From the IMG/VR virus record IMGVR_UViG_3300025030_000147, positions 1-50,423 of that record: a stretch of 50,423 nt of DNA, one strand, 5' to 3'. Each line of letters begins with the position of its first letter. Within the stretch, counting starts at the first letter, position 1. A model generated the notes under the pieces. It did no database searches. It was not told the DNA's origin and saw nothing but the letters and a program-made list of their open reading frames with translations. This document shows, piece after piece, positions 17,502 through 27,415 of this stretch. The stretch is from a virus. Taxonomy: Duplodnaviria; Caudoviricetes. Both the position numbers and the translations under genes were made by a program.

Positions 17502-17848
17502 TTTGGAGGACTCCTATGTTACGAGTGGTATTATTGCGACCAACAAAAACGACGGTGTAGGAGCTTGCCCCCGCCGCCACGTTTGTCAGTTCAATGCCGG
17601 AGAAATCAGCGGCTACCGCGATGATGTTTGCCACGTCAGAAAGGTCGGTCATGTCGAGAGTGTCAGTGTTTTTGTCGAATATCCCGACAGCCCGGCGGTG
17701 GTTGGCAGATGCGCCACCACCGGACCTGCCAAGGTGCGGACTTGTGCTAGGATGAAGTCTATGCTCTGCGCGTACTCGCTCATGCATTACCCCGCCCGTG
17801 GTCAGTGTTGGCGAATATCCGGTACGTTTGCCCATAAGGCCTCCCGTT
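17502..17848 (-). pseudogene. Probable remnant(s) of tail-fibre/tailspike genes
   Basis: Protein-like fragments in different frames (MSEYAQSIDFILAQVR... 17783-17649; ...GIFDKNTDTLDM...) between two fibre genes. Confidence 0.4.
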
Positions 17849-19975
17849 TTAAAGGCTGGAATGTGCAACAGTGACGTCAAATGTCGCAGCGGTCGTGGAC
17901 AACATTATCTGAACCCCAGTGCTGCCAAATATCCGGATTGCGTAACTGCTGCCGCTGGCGACGATATCATATTTGTACGAAGTGCCAGCGGCGTCCACCA
18001 CAGATAGAACCGGCGCAACAGAGGCACCGGCGCCCCCGCTAATGGTCCGTGGGCTGATGAGCATCGCGTCTCCGGACCTGGATGCAGCACAGGAGAAATT
18101 CCCGCCCCAGAGCTTTGTGGACGTGACAGCCCCACCACCGGCTGCGTTGGATATCCGGAATGTGGCTAGCTGAAAGTCGGTGCGCAGTGCCACAAATCCA
18201 GCGCCCGTAACATTGGGCGAGTTCCGATTGGCGTTAGCGGAAGGGTAAACTATGTTGCCAAAGTACTGATATGACACTGTGTTAGTGGTGCCGTTGGCGT
18301 AAATTCTCATCCCATATTCATCAGTAGTCGCAGCGGTGTTCATGTTGTAGAAAACATTGTTACGGACTGTCACAGGTTCAAGCCCTGGCACATTGCCTGA
18401 AGTTGAAGCCAGGGTGTTTATATAAACCGGCACGTTCCGAACTCTTACCACATTGTTTTCAAAAACTGTACCGGGCAACAAAGTAGCCGTATCTCCGTAT
18501 GTCCCTGTCCCGGCAACGGCGGCGTCTATGGTGTCAATACGTAAAACCCTAGTGTTGGCAGCATAGGCCGAGCGAGAATAATCGTTTCCCCTAATAACTG
18601 CGCTTCCGCCCATGTCGATCTGTACCTGCTGGGTGGAATCAGTGGAGTGGACGTTTCCTGTGATAACGGCCTGCGCGAGATACTGGATATAGATATCCCT
18701 GTTGCCACCAAAGGAACCTTTAAATCTGTTGTTCTTTATCAGCACATTCTGAGAGTACTGGGTGATCAGTATGCCCGTTGAAGACCTGTCGCTTGTGAGC
18801 GTGACGCCCGTGACCTCCGCATCAGGAGAATAATTGTTGATTGCAATGCAGCGGTCAGCGCCAGAGCCAGAAATGTCGATGTATCCCCCGACAACTTTGC
18901 AGCTTTGGCTGTTTATGAGGTACACGCCATATCCGTCCATGACAATGTTTGGGTTCAGTATCTTGACGTTTTTAACCGCGTAAACAGGAACTGCTGTTGC
19001 GTTGCGGGTAATCGAAGTCGTGTCCACAAGTTGCGCGGCAAAATCGCTTGAGGTAGCGCCGTTGAGCCAGATGCCGCGGCACGTAGCATAACCTGACCTT
19101 CCATTTATAACCGGGTTTTCTATAGTGCCGTTTTCAGATCCTGCATAGACCACAATGCCGCCGTTGCTGACGTTCTTCATGTTGGGGTCTTTGATGAGAA
19201 AGTCTTTCATGGATGCAACAAGGATATAGTTGAGATTGTTAACGGTAGAAGGATCGGCTTGCTCAAAATAACCTCCGCTAGTCTTCAATCCGCTGTAAAG
19301 AGGGGTGTCGCTTTGTGTCCCAAAGGTGAAGAGATACCCGGCCCCGCCATTGATAAATTTGGCGCTACCAAAGTCAACATCTACGTTGTTTGCCGCCTTG
19401 GTTACGCCAGTATTCATCCGATAGGTTGTATTTGAGAAAATCCACTTCGTGCTACTGGCGGACATTTTTGCTATCGCACTGCTCATGTCCGTGGTGCCGG
19501 GTACCGTGTTTATACCAAACCACTCAGGCCGGGAAAGATTAAGCCCGGTGACAGCGCCAGTGCCGTTGAATATTTGAGCCAGTGGCCAACGTTCAATACT
19601 GCCTGCATAGCTGATGGTATACGTGGTGTGGTTAATCACAGCCCCATTCATCGGCATTAATTCGATGTTTGCAGGGACGGTAAGGTTAGCGGCCAGCGTC
19701 TGGTCTGTGCTGTATTGCAGCGTAGCAGGGGTGCTGCCAATAGCCGTAACAGCCGCAGCAAGAGAGGCGTAATTGCGAACATCCTTCCAGCCGTTCGCAT
19801 ACTCCGCGATAGCCGACACGCTGGCCGTGTAAGCCGTCGCACTGCCAGCCCGGCCGAGGGGCACCTTATCCGTCCCGAGCAGAGCGCCCGGCACTTGTGG
19901 CGTAGCACTTATCGTGGCAGCACTCGCCACCCCGAACATCAACACCCATGCTACAATAACCCGTAACAGCATCAT
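17849..19975 (-). CDS. Tailspike/depolymerase with parallel beta-helix and N-terminal signal-peptide-like segment
   Basis: Asn/Gly/Ile-rich pectate-lyase-like repeats; DVRNY.SL..AV head motif; position after baseplate; MMLLRVIVAWVLMFGVASA. Confidence 0.8.
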   Translation of the reverse strand: MMLLRVIVAWVLMFGVASAATISATPQVPGALLGTDKVPLGRAGSATAYTASVSAIAEYANGWKDVRNYASLAAAVTAIGSTPATLQYSTDQTLAANLTVPANIELMPMNGAVINHTTYTISYAGSIERWPLAQIFNGTGAVTGLNLSRPEWFGINTVPGTTDMSSAIAKMSASSTKWIFSNTTYRMNTGVTKAANNVDVDFGSAKFINGGAGYLFTFGTQSDTPLYSGLKTSGGYFEQADPSTVNNLNYILVASMKDFLIKDPNMKNVSNGGIVVYAGSENGTIENPVINGRSGYATCRGIWLNGATSSDFAAQLVDTTSITRNATAVPVYAVKNVKILNPNIVMDGYGVYLINSQSCKVVGGYIDISGSGADRCIAINNYSPDAEVTGVTLTSDRSSTGILITQYSQNVLIKNNRFKGSFGGNRDIYIQYLAQAVITGNVHSTDSTQQVQIDMGGSAVIRGNDYSRSAYAANTRVLRIDTIDAAVAGTGTYGDTATLLPGTVFENNVVRVRNVPVYINTLASTSGNVPGLEPVTVRNNVFYNMNTAATTDEYGMRIYANGTTNTVSYQYFGNIVYPSANANRNSPNVTGAGFVALRTDFQLATFRISNAAGGGAVTSTKLWGGNFSCAASRSGDAMLISPRTISGGAGASVAPVLSVVDAAGTSYKYDIVASGSSYAIRIFGSTGVQIMLSTTAATFDVTVAHSSL

Positions 19976-20751
19976 TCAACCCTCCCTAAAACTGCCGTAT
20001 TGTCGTCAAATTGAATTACCGAACCGTCATTGAACGCAAACAGCACCATGCCGTCATCGTCCACCAAGTCAACGCACAGCACGCACCAGGTGTGCATCGG
20101 CTTGTACCGAACTATCATGCTGATCAGTTCCGCCCGGCGGCTGGCCGGTACCAGAGCCCGCGCTACGGCGGTCATCTCCCCGCCCACCGCTCGGGTCGCC
20201 TCACCTCCGACAAAAAAAACCAGCCGACCGTCAGGCTGCGTGCCGTAGGCTATCGCCCGTTGCTCAAAGCTGGCCTGGTTGCCGCACACGGCCAACTCGA
20301 ACCCGGTCACCGCGTCGATGTCGCCCGATGTGACCGCCCCGTAGTAACTGTGTTCGTAGGTGTCACCGTTGACCACCAACTCACCTGGTATCGTCGCCGG
20401 GTCCGTCAGTGGGCTGTTCTCATGCACGTACAGGTCAAACCCGGCGCCCCTCAACGCCCCCTGCAATGTAGCCGCCGAGCCGTCGCTGTTGGTGCCCGAC
20501 TTAGCCACCGCGAGCCGGGCACGCCGGATGTCCTCGCCCAGGGTCAGGTCCGACAGAATGCCGTAATCCCGCTCCAGATCCTCCAGCACGGTGGTCATTG
20601 CCGGACTGCGGACCACCGCCAGGGCGGACAGCGTTTGACGCACCGCCTCGGCGTTACCCGCCATGCCCTCCAGCAACAGGTCCAGCCCTTCTCCGTCAGC
20701 GGGTGACCACATGCTGCCAGGGGGTAGGAGGGCGTCAAGTACCCTACGCAT
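19972..20751 (-). CDS. Baseplate wedge protein (Mu gp48/DUF2313-like)
   Basis: LDALLPPG..W, LERDYGI, YKPMHT motifs; synteny. Confidence 0.78.
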   Translation of the reverse strand: MRRVLDALLPPGSMWSPADGEGLDLLLEGMAGNAEAVRQTLSALAVVRSPAMTTVLEDLERDYGILSDLTLGEDIRRARLAVAKSGTNSDGSAATLQGALRGAGFDLYVHENSPLTDPATIPGELVVNGDTYEHSYYGAVTSGDIDAVTGFELAVCGNQASFEQRAIAYGTQPDGRLVFFVGGEATRAVGGEMTAVARALVPASRRAELISMIVRYKPMHTWCVLCVDLVDDDGMVLFAFNDGSVIQFDDNTAVLGRVE

Positions 20752-21886
20752 AGACCACGCTCGCAAGCTTCACCAGTTCGCCCGGCTCGATGCGGTAGTT
20801 GGTCAGGTATGGCGTCGTGGTCAGCTTGAAGCGTACCCGCGTAGCAGAGGCGCCGACCGCCGCGAGGACATCCTGCACCACACGGGCAACGGTCAGGTCG
20901 GTGATCAGGTCGTTGCGGTCCTGCACCAGATCCACGCCCTCGACGTAGGGCGACAGGGCGGCGAAGTACAGACCAAGGGCCGTCTCGATGTCGGATTTAA
21001 GCGACTCAGCACCGGTGAACCCCGTGATCTCCACCGTGGCTGCCGAGCGGGTCACCGACTCTACCCATAGGTTGCTGTCCGTCAGCCCGAGCGCATGGGG
21101 AGCTACCCCCACGACCGCCCGCACCTCGTCCAGTAGCGCCTGGGGCGCGATGCCGTCAGGGTCCACATCGGGGTCCGCCTCAATGTACACCGTCCGGTCG
21201 CCCGGGAAGCTCACCTGACCAAGCAGATGCGGCTTGCCGGCGTAAGGAAACGCCCTCAACACCCCGACGACCGACTCGGCCCAGGTCTTGTAGTCGGTGC
21301 TATTGCTGCCCCCGGTGACCGCCCGTTGGGCGAACAGTACCCGCGCCCGGTACGCCGAATCGGTTTCTCGGTTGGCCCCGGTGTTGGTCAGGGCGGTCAC
21401 AGTGGCTTGGCCTGTCGCACCGGCTACAGGGCTGATGATATTCAGCACATCGCCTACCTGCAGGTTGCCCACCGTGCCAACTTCCTCGGCGGTCAGGCTG
21501 AGAGTCGCCACCCCCGCAACCGCCGTAACGCTGGCGCTCATGTAGTAGCGCACACCGTTGGCTGCACCGATGAACCCCGTGGTCGATGGTATCAGCGTGT
21601 CGGTGGTGGCTGGCAGGGTGGCGGTCAGCACTGCGGCCTCAGAGGGCTTGCGGACGACGCCCACCTCCGCGCCGAGTAGGTCCAGGTTATCCCCCGTGGC
21701 GGTCATGGCGAGGTTCTGTTTGGCCCGCTCGACAGCGTACTTGCTGAGGGCAGTACCGGTCAGCGCCTCAAGGACTGCCATCACACGGAGAAAAGCCTGG
21801 TCGGCAACGGGGGAGGTTTGCCCCAGGGCGGACTCCAGCCGTGCGAGGTTCTGATCCGCCAGTTCCTGAGTGGTCAGAATGTTCAT
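20744..21886 (-). CDS. Baseplate J-like protein (Mu gp47)
   Basis: TATGDNLDLLG, ETDSAYRAR, GSNSTDYKTWA motifs. Confidence 0.88.
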   Translation of the reverse strand: MNILTTQELADQNLARLESALGQTSPVADQAFLRVMAVLEALTGTALSKYAVERAKQNLAMTATGDNLDLLGAEVGVVRKPSEAAVLTATLPATTDTLIPSTTGFIGAANGVRYYMSASVTAVAGVATLSLTAEEVGTVGNLQVGDVLNIISPVAGATGQATVTALTNTGANRETDSAYRARVLFAQRAVTGGSNSTDYKTWAESVVGVLRAFPYAGKPHLLGQVSFPGDRTVYIEADPDVDPDGIAPQALLDEVRAVVGVAPHALGLTDSNLWVESVTRSAATVEITGFTGAESLKSDIETALGLYFAALSPYVEGVDLVQDRNDLITDLTVARVVQDVLAAVGASATRVRFKLTTTPYLTNYRIEPGELVKLASVVYA

Positions 21887-22254
21887 GCGATGCCTGCCTG
21901 GTAGCTCCAGTTTCCGCCGCGGCGGGTGAGGGAAAGGGCTCTGCCGTAGGGCAAAGTGATGGTGATGAGTAAGTGGCTGCTGGACGGGTTGCTGACCACC
22001 GCCGTGGCGCCGGGTATGGCTCGCTCGGCTGCGTTGCGAATGTCGTTCAGCGCCTTGCGGGTGATGGGCTGGTTGCACGCCTGCTCGAAATCCGAGCCGA
22101 TTGCGGTTTTAATGAATCCATTACCACACCAGCCCGGGGAAGTAAAGAGCGAAATGAGGGCGGCATTTTCTAGCCCATCGTCCAGTAACGGCTGGCCCCC
22201 CGTGAATTGCAGCGCGGACCCGTTGGCGGTCAGTATCATGCGAGGATCGCTCAT
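21883..22254 (-). CDS. Baseplate protein (Mu gp46-like)
   Basis: DDGLENAALISLFT..GW.G...IGS motif. Confidence 0.8.
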   Translation of the reverse strand: MSDPRMILTANGSALQFTGGQPLLDDGLENAALISLFTSPGWCGNGFIKTAIGSDFEQACNQPITRKALNDIRNAAERAIPGATAVVSNPSSSHLLITITLPYGRALSLTRRGGNWSYQAGIA

Positions 22255-22775
22255 GGCGTCGGTACCCCCGTGCTTGCCGGGCCGCTGGTAACGCCCGGGT
22301 GAGTGTGCAGTTCAAGGCTGACCGTACCAGCCGTGACATCCCCTGTGGCCGCCAGTGCGCCGTCCACCGCCACATCGCAGTTGAACATGACTCCCTGACC
22401 ATCGAAGGTGAAAACCCCCTCGGGGCTCATAGTGAAGCTGGCCGCCCCATTGCTGACCTTCACCTCGCCGGTCGGCTCCAGGCGGATCTCAGCCATCACC
22501 TCGCCCTCTGTGCTGGAGTACAGCCGCTTGCCGCCAGGGGTCATCACAGGGGCAATTGTGTCAGTCGAGGCTACCGCTACTTTCAACGACTCACCAAGTG
22601 CCAGCACGGCGACCTGTGAGCCGTCAGGAGGGTTATTTTCTTCCCCGCTCTGCCCGATCAGTTGGACGGTCTGCACGTCCCGCTCGTCGGTAATCATCAC
22701 CTGGAGCAGTCGGACTTCCGTGTTGCCCGCCTGGGCGGTCCGCCGGCCTATGACCAGCCCTGCGCTTATTTCCAT
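22251..22775 (-). CDS. Baseplate central spike (Mu gp45/gpV-like)
   Basis: PPDGSQVAVL motif; C-terminal HTH metal-binding tip (HTHPGV). Confidence 0.85.
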   Translation of the reverse strand: MEISAGLVIGRRTAQAGNTEVRLLQVMITDERDVQTVQLIGQSGEENNPPDGSQVAVLALGESLKVAVASTDTIAPVMTPGGKRLYSSTEGEVMAEIRLEPTGEVKVSNGAASFTMSPEGVFTFDGQGVMFNCDVAVDGALAATGDVTAGTVSLELHTHPGVTSGPASTGVPTP

Positions 22776-22885
22776 ATCAGGCTCCCCAGGTACATCACCA
22801 GCTTGCCGGTCAGGCCAATAATGATCAGCGCCACACCGCCCGTCATCGTGACGGTGGTCTTACGCACCTTTACCGTTATTTCCAT
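22766..22885 (-). CDS. 39-aa single-TM peptide inserted between baseplate genes, not in ORF track
   Basis: MEITVKVRKTTVTMTGGVALIIIGLTGKLVMYLGSLIWK; bounded by 11-bp direct repeat. Confidence 0.55.
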   Translation of the reverse strand: MEITVKVRKTTVTMTGGVALIIIGLTGKLVMYLGSLIWK

Positions 22886-24165
22886 ACGTCACCTATATCC
22901 TTGCCGCTGTATGCCTGCGGGGGTACCAGACTGAGGACCGCATCGCGCTGGCCGTCCAGGTTGAACTCCACCGCTCGTATCATGAAGTCGAATCCCTGCG
23001 GCACCCCGAGGGTAGGACTTATCACCGTCACTTTGGTGTTCGGTCGCCAGGGCTTGCCGTCCGGCGCGATCCACCCGCTGACGGGGAACTCCTGGGTCAG
23101 CGCCTCGATGAACTGCTTGTTCTTACGCCACTTGGCGGCGGTCTTGATGTTGCCCGGCGTGGTATCATCAGCGTGAAAAGTCATCCACCGGCTGCGCGGT
23201 ACGCTATCGTCCGACTCGATGACCACAGAGGGGCCAACGCTGCCCGTCTTACCGTAGTTCGGATCTCGCCAGTTGAGCGACGCGCCAGCCTTGGCACCCT
23301 TGGTGATGCACCGGTACTGGTTGTAGCGCAGCCTGCCGTCGTAGCTCGCTTTCCAGCCGACCGCGAATGGTTCGCCCTCCTGCAGCACCCCGACCGGCTT
23401 GCTGTCCACGGCGGCGCGCAAAAAGAGCATGTCGCCCTGTGGGGTGCTGCTGACCAAGATGCCCCGTTGTGCCGCCAGCTTGGCGAGGAACCCGAATATG
23501 CTGTCACCCTCGCTGGCCGTCACCTTATCGAACGCAGAACCCACAGGGCATTCCCACACACCCTTGATGCCGAGCGGGGGAAGCAGCGCGTCGGCAAGCT
23601 GCTTGAGCGTCACGCCATTGAACTCATAGGGCGGCTGCATGTGACTGTCGATGGCGTCGGCGGTGAAGGAGTATCCGTGCAGCCCCTTGGTCATACCCTC
23701 CGTGGTCATCTCGGGCTCGACGGTGTAGAGGCATCCGCCCACGATCAATTCGTTGCCGATGTAGGCGGCAGCGCGCGGGTAACCGTAAGGCCGGGTGGCT
23801 CGATCCAGTTCAGGGATCTCCCCGGGCGTCCAGGCGATGCGGCCGGACCAGCCATCAGCGCCGGTATCCATCGTGCGGATGATGCGGGCCGACAGCATGG
23901 GCACTTCCAGTCCGTCTATGACCACAGTGAGGTCGTCCGGCTGTTTGCCGGTCAGCCGGTCAGCCGGACGGACCCCGGGAATGATGATCGCCTTACCTGC
24001 TTTGATCTTGCCGCTGGCTGGTAGCCCGGGGTTGGCGCTCCACAAGAGGTTCGCTTTGCTCGGGTCACCGTATGCCTCGGTGGCGACAAGAACTATCTCG
24101 CCGTCATCGTCGGACCGCCTGTAGACGGTGCCCGGCGTGGCCTTACCGCCACCACGGGGGCTCAC
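22876..24165 (-). CDS. Baseplate hub protein (Mu gpP/gp44-like) with N-terminal LysM-like segment
   Basis: AYGDPSKANLLWSANP; GW..PDGKPWRPN motif; synteny. Confidence 0.85.
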   Translation of the reverse strand: MSPRGGGKATPGTVYRRSDDDGEIVLVATEAYGDPSKANLLWSANPGLPASGKIKAGKAIIIPGVRPADRLTGKQPDDLTVVIDGLEVPMLSARIIRTMDTGADGWSGRIAWTPGEIPELDRATRPYGYPRAAAYIGNELIVGGCLYTVEPEMTTEGMTKGLHGYSFTADAIDSHMQPPYEFNGVTLKQLADALLPPLGIKGVWECPVGSAFDKVTASEGDSIFGFLAKLAAQRGILVSSTPQGDMLFLRAAVDSKPVGVLQEGEPFAVGWKASYDGRLRYNQYRCITKGAKAGASLNWRDPNYGKTGSVGPSVVIESDDSVPRSRWMTFHADDTTPGNIKTAAKWRKNKQFIEALTQEFPVSGWIAPDGKPWRPNTKVTVISPTLGVPQGFDFMIRAVEFNLDGQRDAVLSLVPPQAYSGKDIGDVWK

Positions 24166-25412
24166 AGGTACACCACCACTTCGCGGCCGGCGGGCAGCAG
24201 CAAGATGTCATACCCTTTGAGGTTGTTGGCGGCAATGAACTCATCCATGTCCACCCCCTCGGTGATCGCTATCTCGATGGGCGCACGGTCGCGCTCCAGG
24301 GTGAAGCGGCGGGCGGCGGCCAGGTCGAAGGACCGGCGCAGTAGCACGGCGACAGCCTGGTGGATCATCGCACAGGTGCTGGCGTAAGACTCGGATTGGC
24401 TGAAATAGCGGTCCGCCATCTGCGTCTCGGTGTATGCTGCCTGCCCTGCATCCAGCGCGGTAGTGACGGTCGAGAGCGCATCTATGAGGGTCTGCATGGT
24501 GGCAAACGCCGTGTCACGGTCGGTGAGCCCCGTGCTGTCAGGGTCGTTCACTGCATCGACCATTGCGACCAGACAGGCGGTAGCGGCCAGCTCGCGGGTG
24601 GCGAGCGTAGCGCGGCTCGGGCGCTTGGTGTCCTTGGGGAGCAAAGCGGTCAGCAGACCACCATAGAAGTTCAACCGGCTGGTCAGGTCTTTCTCTGCCA
24701 TCCCTGGGGTGGTCACAAAGGCTTGCATCTGGCCGCCGAGCGATACAATGTCCAGCGTGGCGGATTGCAACGCATCGGTGATGCCGCGGTGTTCGCTGTC
24801 GGACTGCGCGTTGATCTCGGCCAGCTTCTGCTTCATCGGCGCCAGGGTGGCGCGTACCGTATCGGCTACCCGCTGGAACACGGATTTCAGTTCGACCGGA
24901 TTCTCCACGCTGGTCGAGCTGGGAACCTGTCGGGAGTAGTATTTAGCCAACGTCTCGAAGGAGTCCAGTTGGTCCGACAGCGCCTGTTCGGTCGGTACGC
25001 GCAACCGGGCCGAGGGGAGCGGTAGGCGCTCGATGCCCTCGATCCATTCGGACTTCATGCGCGTTACGTTGGCTGAGTCGATGGGTTGACATTCTTCGGT
25101 GATGCTGATCAGGTTGAGGCGCAGCAGACCGCGCACGGGATGGTCTATGAGCCAGCTACCCCGCTCTTTGCAGGCGAGGTAAAACTGGTCGGCGGTCAGG
25201 TCGTGGTCCGGCCCCTCAAAGTAGAAATCCAGCGGATAGCGGTTGCCGGCGGTGCCGAGATCCTGCACGACTGACCCGTCCACCTTGGGGTAGTCGAAGA
25301 TCCCCAGTTTCTTATCGAGGGTCCGATCATTCCCGCGCCAGTATGCGGAGAAGGACTGACCAGTGGGGCTGGTAAAATCTATGGTCGGCTTGAGCCGTTC
25401 ACGCCATGTCAC
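24162..25412 (-). CDS. DNA circularisation/tail initiator protein (Mu gpN-like)
   Basis: MTWRERL..., YPKVDG..VQDLG, LIDHPVRG motifs. Confidence 0.85.
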   Translation of the reverse strand: MTWRERLKPTIDFTSPTGQSFSAYWRGNDRTLDKKLGIFDYPKVDGSVVQDLGTAGNRYPLDFYFEGPDHDLTADQFYLACKERGSWLIDHPVRGLLRLNLISITEECQPIDSANVTRMKSEWIEGIERLPLPSARLRVPTEQALSDQLDSFETLAKYYSRQVPSSTSVENPVELKSVFQRVADTVRATLAPMKQKLAEINAQSDSEHRGITDALQSATLDIVSLGGQMQAFVTTPGMAEKDLTSRLNFYGGLLTALLPKDTKRPSRATLATRELAATACLVAMVDAVNDPDSTGLTDRDTAFATMQTLIDALSTVTTALDAGQAAYTETQMADRYFSQSESYASTCAMIHQAVAVLLRRSFDLAAARRFTLERDRAPIEIAITEGVDMDEFIAANNLKGYDILLLPAGREVVVYL

Positions 25413-27229
25413 AGGTTGACTCCTAGCATGTGGACGCTGATACCGGGGGCACCGAACATTTTTTTGGTGGTCAGAGTAGAGCCGGCCGGAGCGTTCACGT
25501 CGAGGACACCGTGGTATCCGCTGGCACGGGCCGCCGCTTCTTGCGCGTTGGGGGCTTGGGCGCCGCGGCTCATGATGTTGCCCTCGCTGTCGGTCTGCAG
25601 CTTGGGTACGATCCCAAGACCCTGTGCCGCCTTACTGATGAAATTGTCTTTCCCCGTGAACAGCGAGTACCCTGCGGCACTGAATCCACCTATTGCGGTC
25701 AGTGAGAGCAATGCAGGAGCCATCGCGGTTAAAGGAGCAGCCATCGCCCACAGGGCCGTGGTCATGGCACCGACCGGACCAAGACCGGCGACCATCGCTG
25801 CGCCGATCTGCCACACCAGCGCAGCTGCTTTCAGGCCAGCAAACACCTTGAGTTGGACATTCCACGCCATCCACCCCAACGCCAACCAGGGGAGCGCGGG
25901 CAGGAACGGACTCATCACTGTCCACATGATTTTGAGCACCTGACCGGTGGCGCGCAGACCGTCCACCAAAGGCTTGACCTTGAAATTATTTATTCGCTGC
26001 GTCAGACCTTCCAGCCCTTTCTGACCGTCGCCGTTGAATGCCTCAAGCACCTGAAAGCCTTTTTCCAGGGCGGCGTTACCGAGCATGATCACCTTGGCGA
26101 ACGTCGACATATTGCGGGCGGCGGAAACATCGTCAGTCACCCCCGTGGCGCTCTTTATCTTCAACCTGTTTTCCTCAATGGTTTTTAGCTCATCCATCAG
26201 CTTGAGGTTACCAGCAAGCCCATACATGCCGAAGATGCGGAATAGGATCTCAGAACGACGATCTTCGGGCAATTTCTTGAGCGCCCCACCGATCTCACCC
26301 AGGATCTGTGGTAGTTGCTTGATCTGTCCGGTTTTTTGGTCACTGATGAAAATGCCGTTTGCCGCAAACTCTTCGGTCATGCGGCCCGAGTAGATATTGC
26401 TGTAAGCACGCTTAATAGCAGTGGCCGCCTCGGTCCCTTTGATACCTGCGTTACTCAAGGCCACGGACATTGACAGCAGTAGTTCCGGCGTGGCCTTGAG
26501 GCGCATTGCTAGCGGCGCGGTCTGCTGGAGCGTTTCATATAGGTCGGTCAGACCGCCAGTAGCGAGCAGACCTGATTTAGTCAGCATGTCGTTCAATTTG
26601 ATCTGATTTGCTATCTGTGTCTGATTATTGCTGCTTTTCATCCCGAATGATCCAAGGATGTCGGACGACATAGTAGTGGCGGGGATAAGGTCTTCGCCGG
26701 CTGCAGTAGCAAAATTCATCATCTTCTGCAGCATACCCATCGCTGCGCCGGACCTGTAACCAGCCTTGGCTAGTTCGTCCATTGACCCTGCCGCGTCCAC
26801 AGCGGAATAACGAGTACCAAGGATTGACTGACGCACATCCTTGTTAAACTTGGACATGAACGCGCCATTGCGGGCTGCGGCGGGACCGAGATCATCAAAG
26901 CGAGCTACCGCTGCAATCATCGTGTCATCAAAATTCAGGAAATCCTTGGTTGTTTTATTCATGCCCTGACCAATAGCACCGATGCCGCCGCGGATCGCGT
27001 TGGCAGCAAGGATGCCTTTAACGATGGTCATGAACTTGTAACCTTCTTTGGTGGAGTTGCGGAATGCTGTGGAGGTGCGGTGACCGAACTGCTGAGAGGC
27101 ACGGCCCGCCCGGTCGAAGGATCGGGCGGCCGTGTTGGAGAAACGACCCGCTGCACGCCCCATCTTGTCGAAAGAATCGGATACGTGGTCACGGGCCGTA
27201 AAGGTTGTGCGGACTGCGTAATCGGGCAT
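25409..27229 (-). CDS. Tail tape measure protein
   Basis: YSAVDAA..MDELAKAG, LSNAGIKGTEAATA motifs; hydrophobic C-terminal segment. Confidence 0.88.
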   Translation of the reverse strand: MPDYAVRTTFTARDHVSDSFDKMGRAAGRFSNTAARSFDRAGRASQQFGHRTSTAFRNSTKEGYKFMTIVKGILAANAIRGGIGAIGQGMNKTTKDFLNFDDTMIAAVARFDDLGPAAARNGAFMSKFNKDVRQSILGTRYSAVDAAGSMDELAKAGYRSGAAMGMLQKMMNFATAAGEDLIPATTMSSDILGSFGMKSSNNQTQIANQIKLNDMLTKSGLLATGGLTDLYETLQQTAPLAMRLKATPELLLSMSVALSNAGIKGTEAATAIKRAYSNIYSGRMTEEFAANGIFISDQKTGQIKQLPQILGEIGGALKKLPEDRRSEILFRIFGMYGLAGNLKLMDELKTIEENRLKIKSATGVTDDVSAARNMSTFAKVIMLGNAALEKGFQVLEAFNGDGQKGLEGLTQRINNFKVKPLVDGLRATGQVLKIMWTVMSPFLPALPWLALGWMAWNVQLKVFAGLKAAALVWQIGAAMVAGLGPVGAMTTALWAMAAPLTAMAPALLSLTAIGGFSAAGYSLFTGKDNFISKAAQGLGIVPKLQTDSEGNIMSRGAQAPNAQEAAARASGYHGVLDVNAPAGSTLTTKKMFGAPGISVHMLGVNL

Positions 27230-27249
27230 TGTGCCTGGGGTCGTTGCGT

Positions 27250-27415
27250 CTAGCCGGACCGGACCGCCGCGACAGCATCGGCCTCGGTCTTGCTGATTAA
27301 GTTATGCCAGCGGGAGTAGTAGCGCAGATCAGAGTAGCACATGCCGGATGGGTCGATACCTCTGTAAAAAATATCGCCCATCCACTGATGCACTCTATCT
27401 ACGCATTGGAAAAAA
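27250..27415 (-). CDS. -1 frameshift extension of the tail assembly chaperone (G-T / E-E' type)
   Basis: T6 run just before chaperone stop; open -1 frame ...MCYSDLRYYSRW... ending before the tape measure gene. Confidence 0.65.

Noticed and set aside
16743-19975. Diversity-generating retroelement or invertible tail-fibre switch
   Set aside because: No reverse transcriptase, TR/VR pair, invertase or flanking inverted repeats seen
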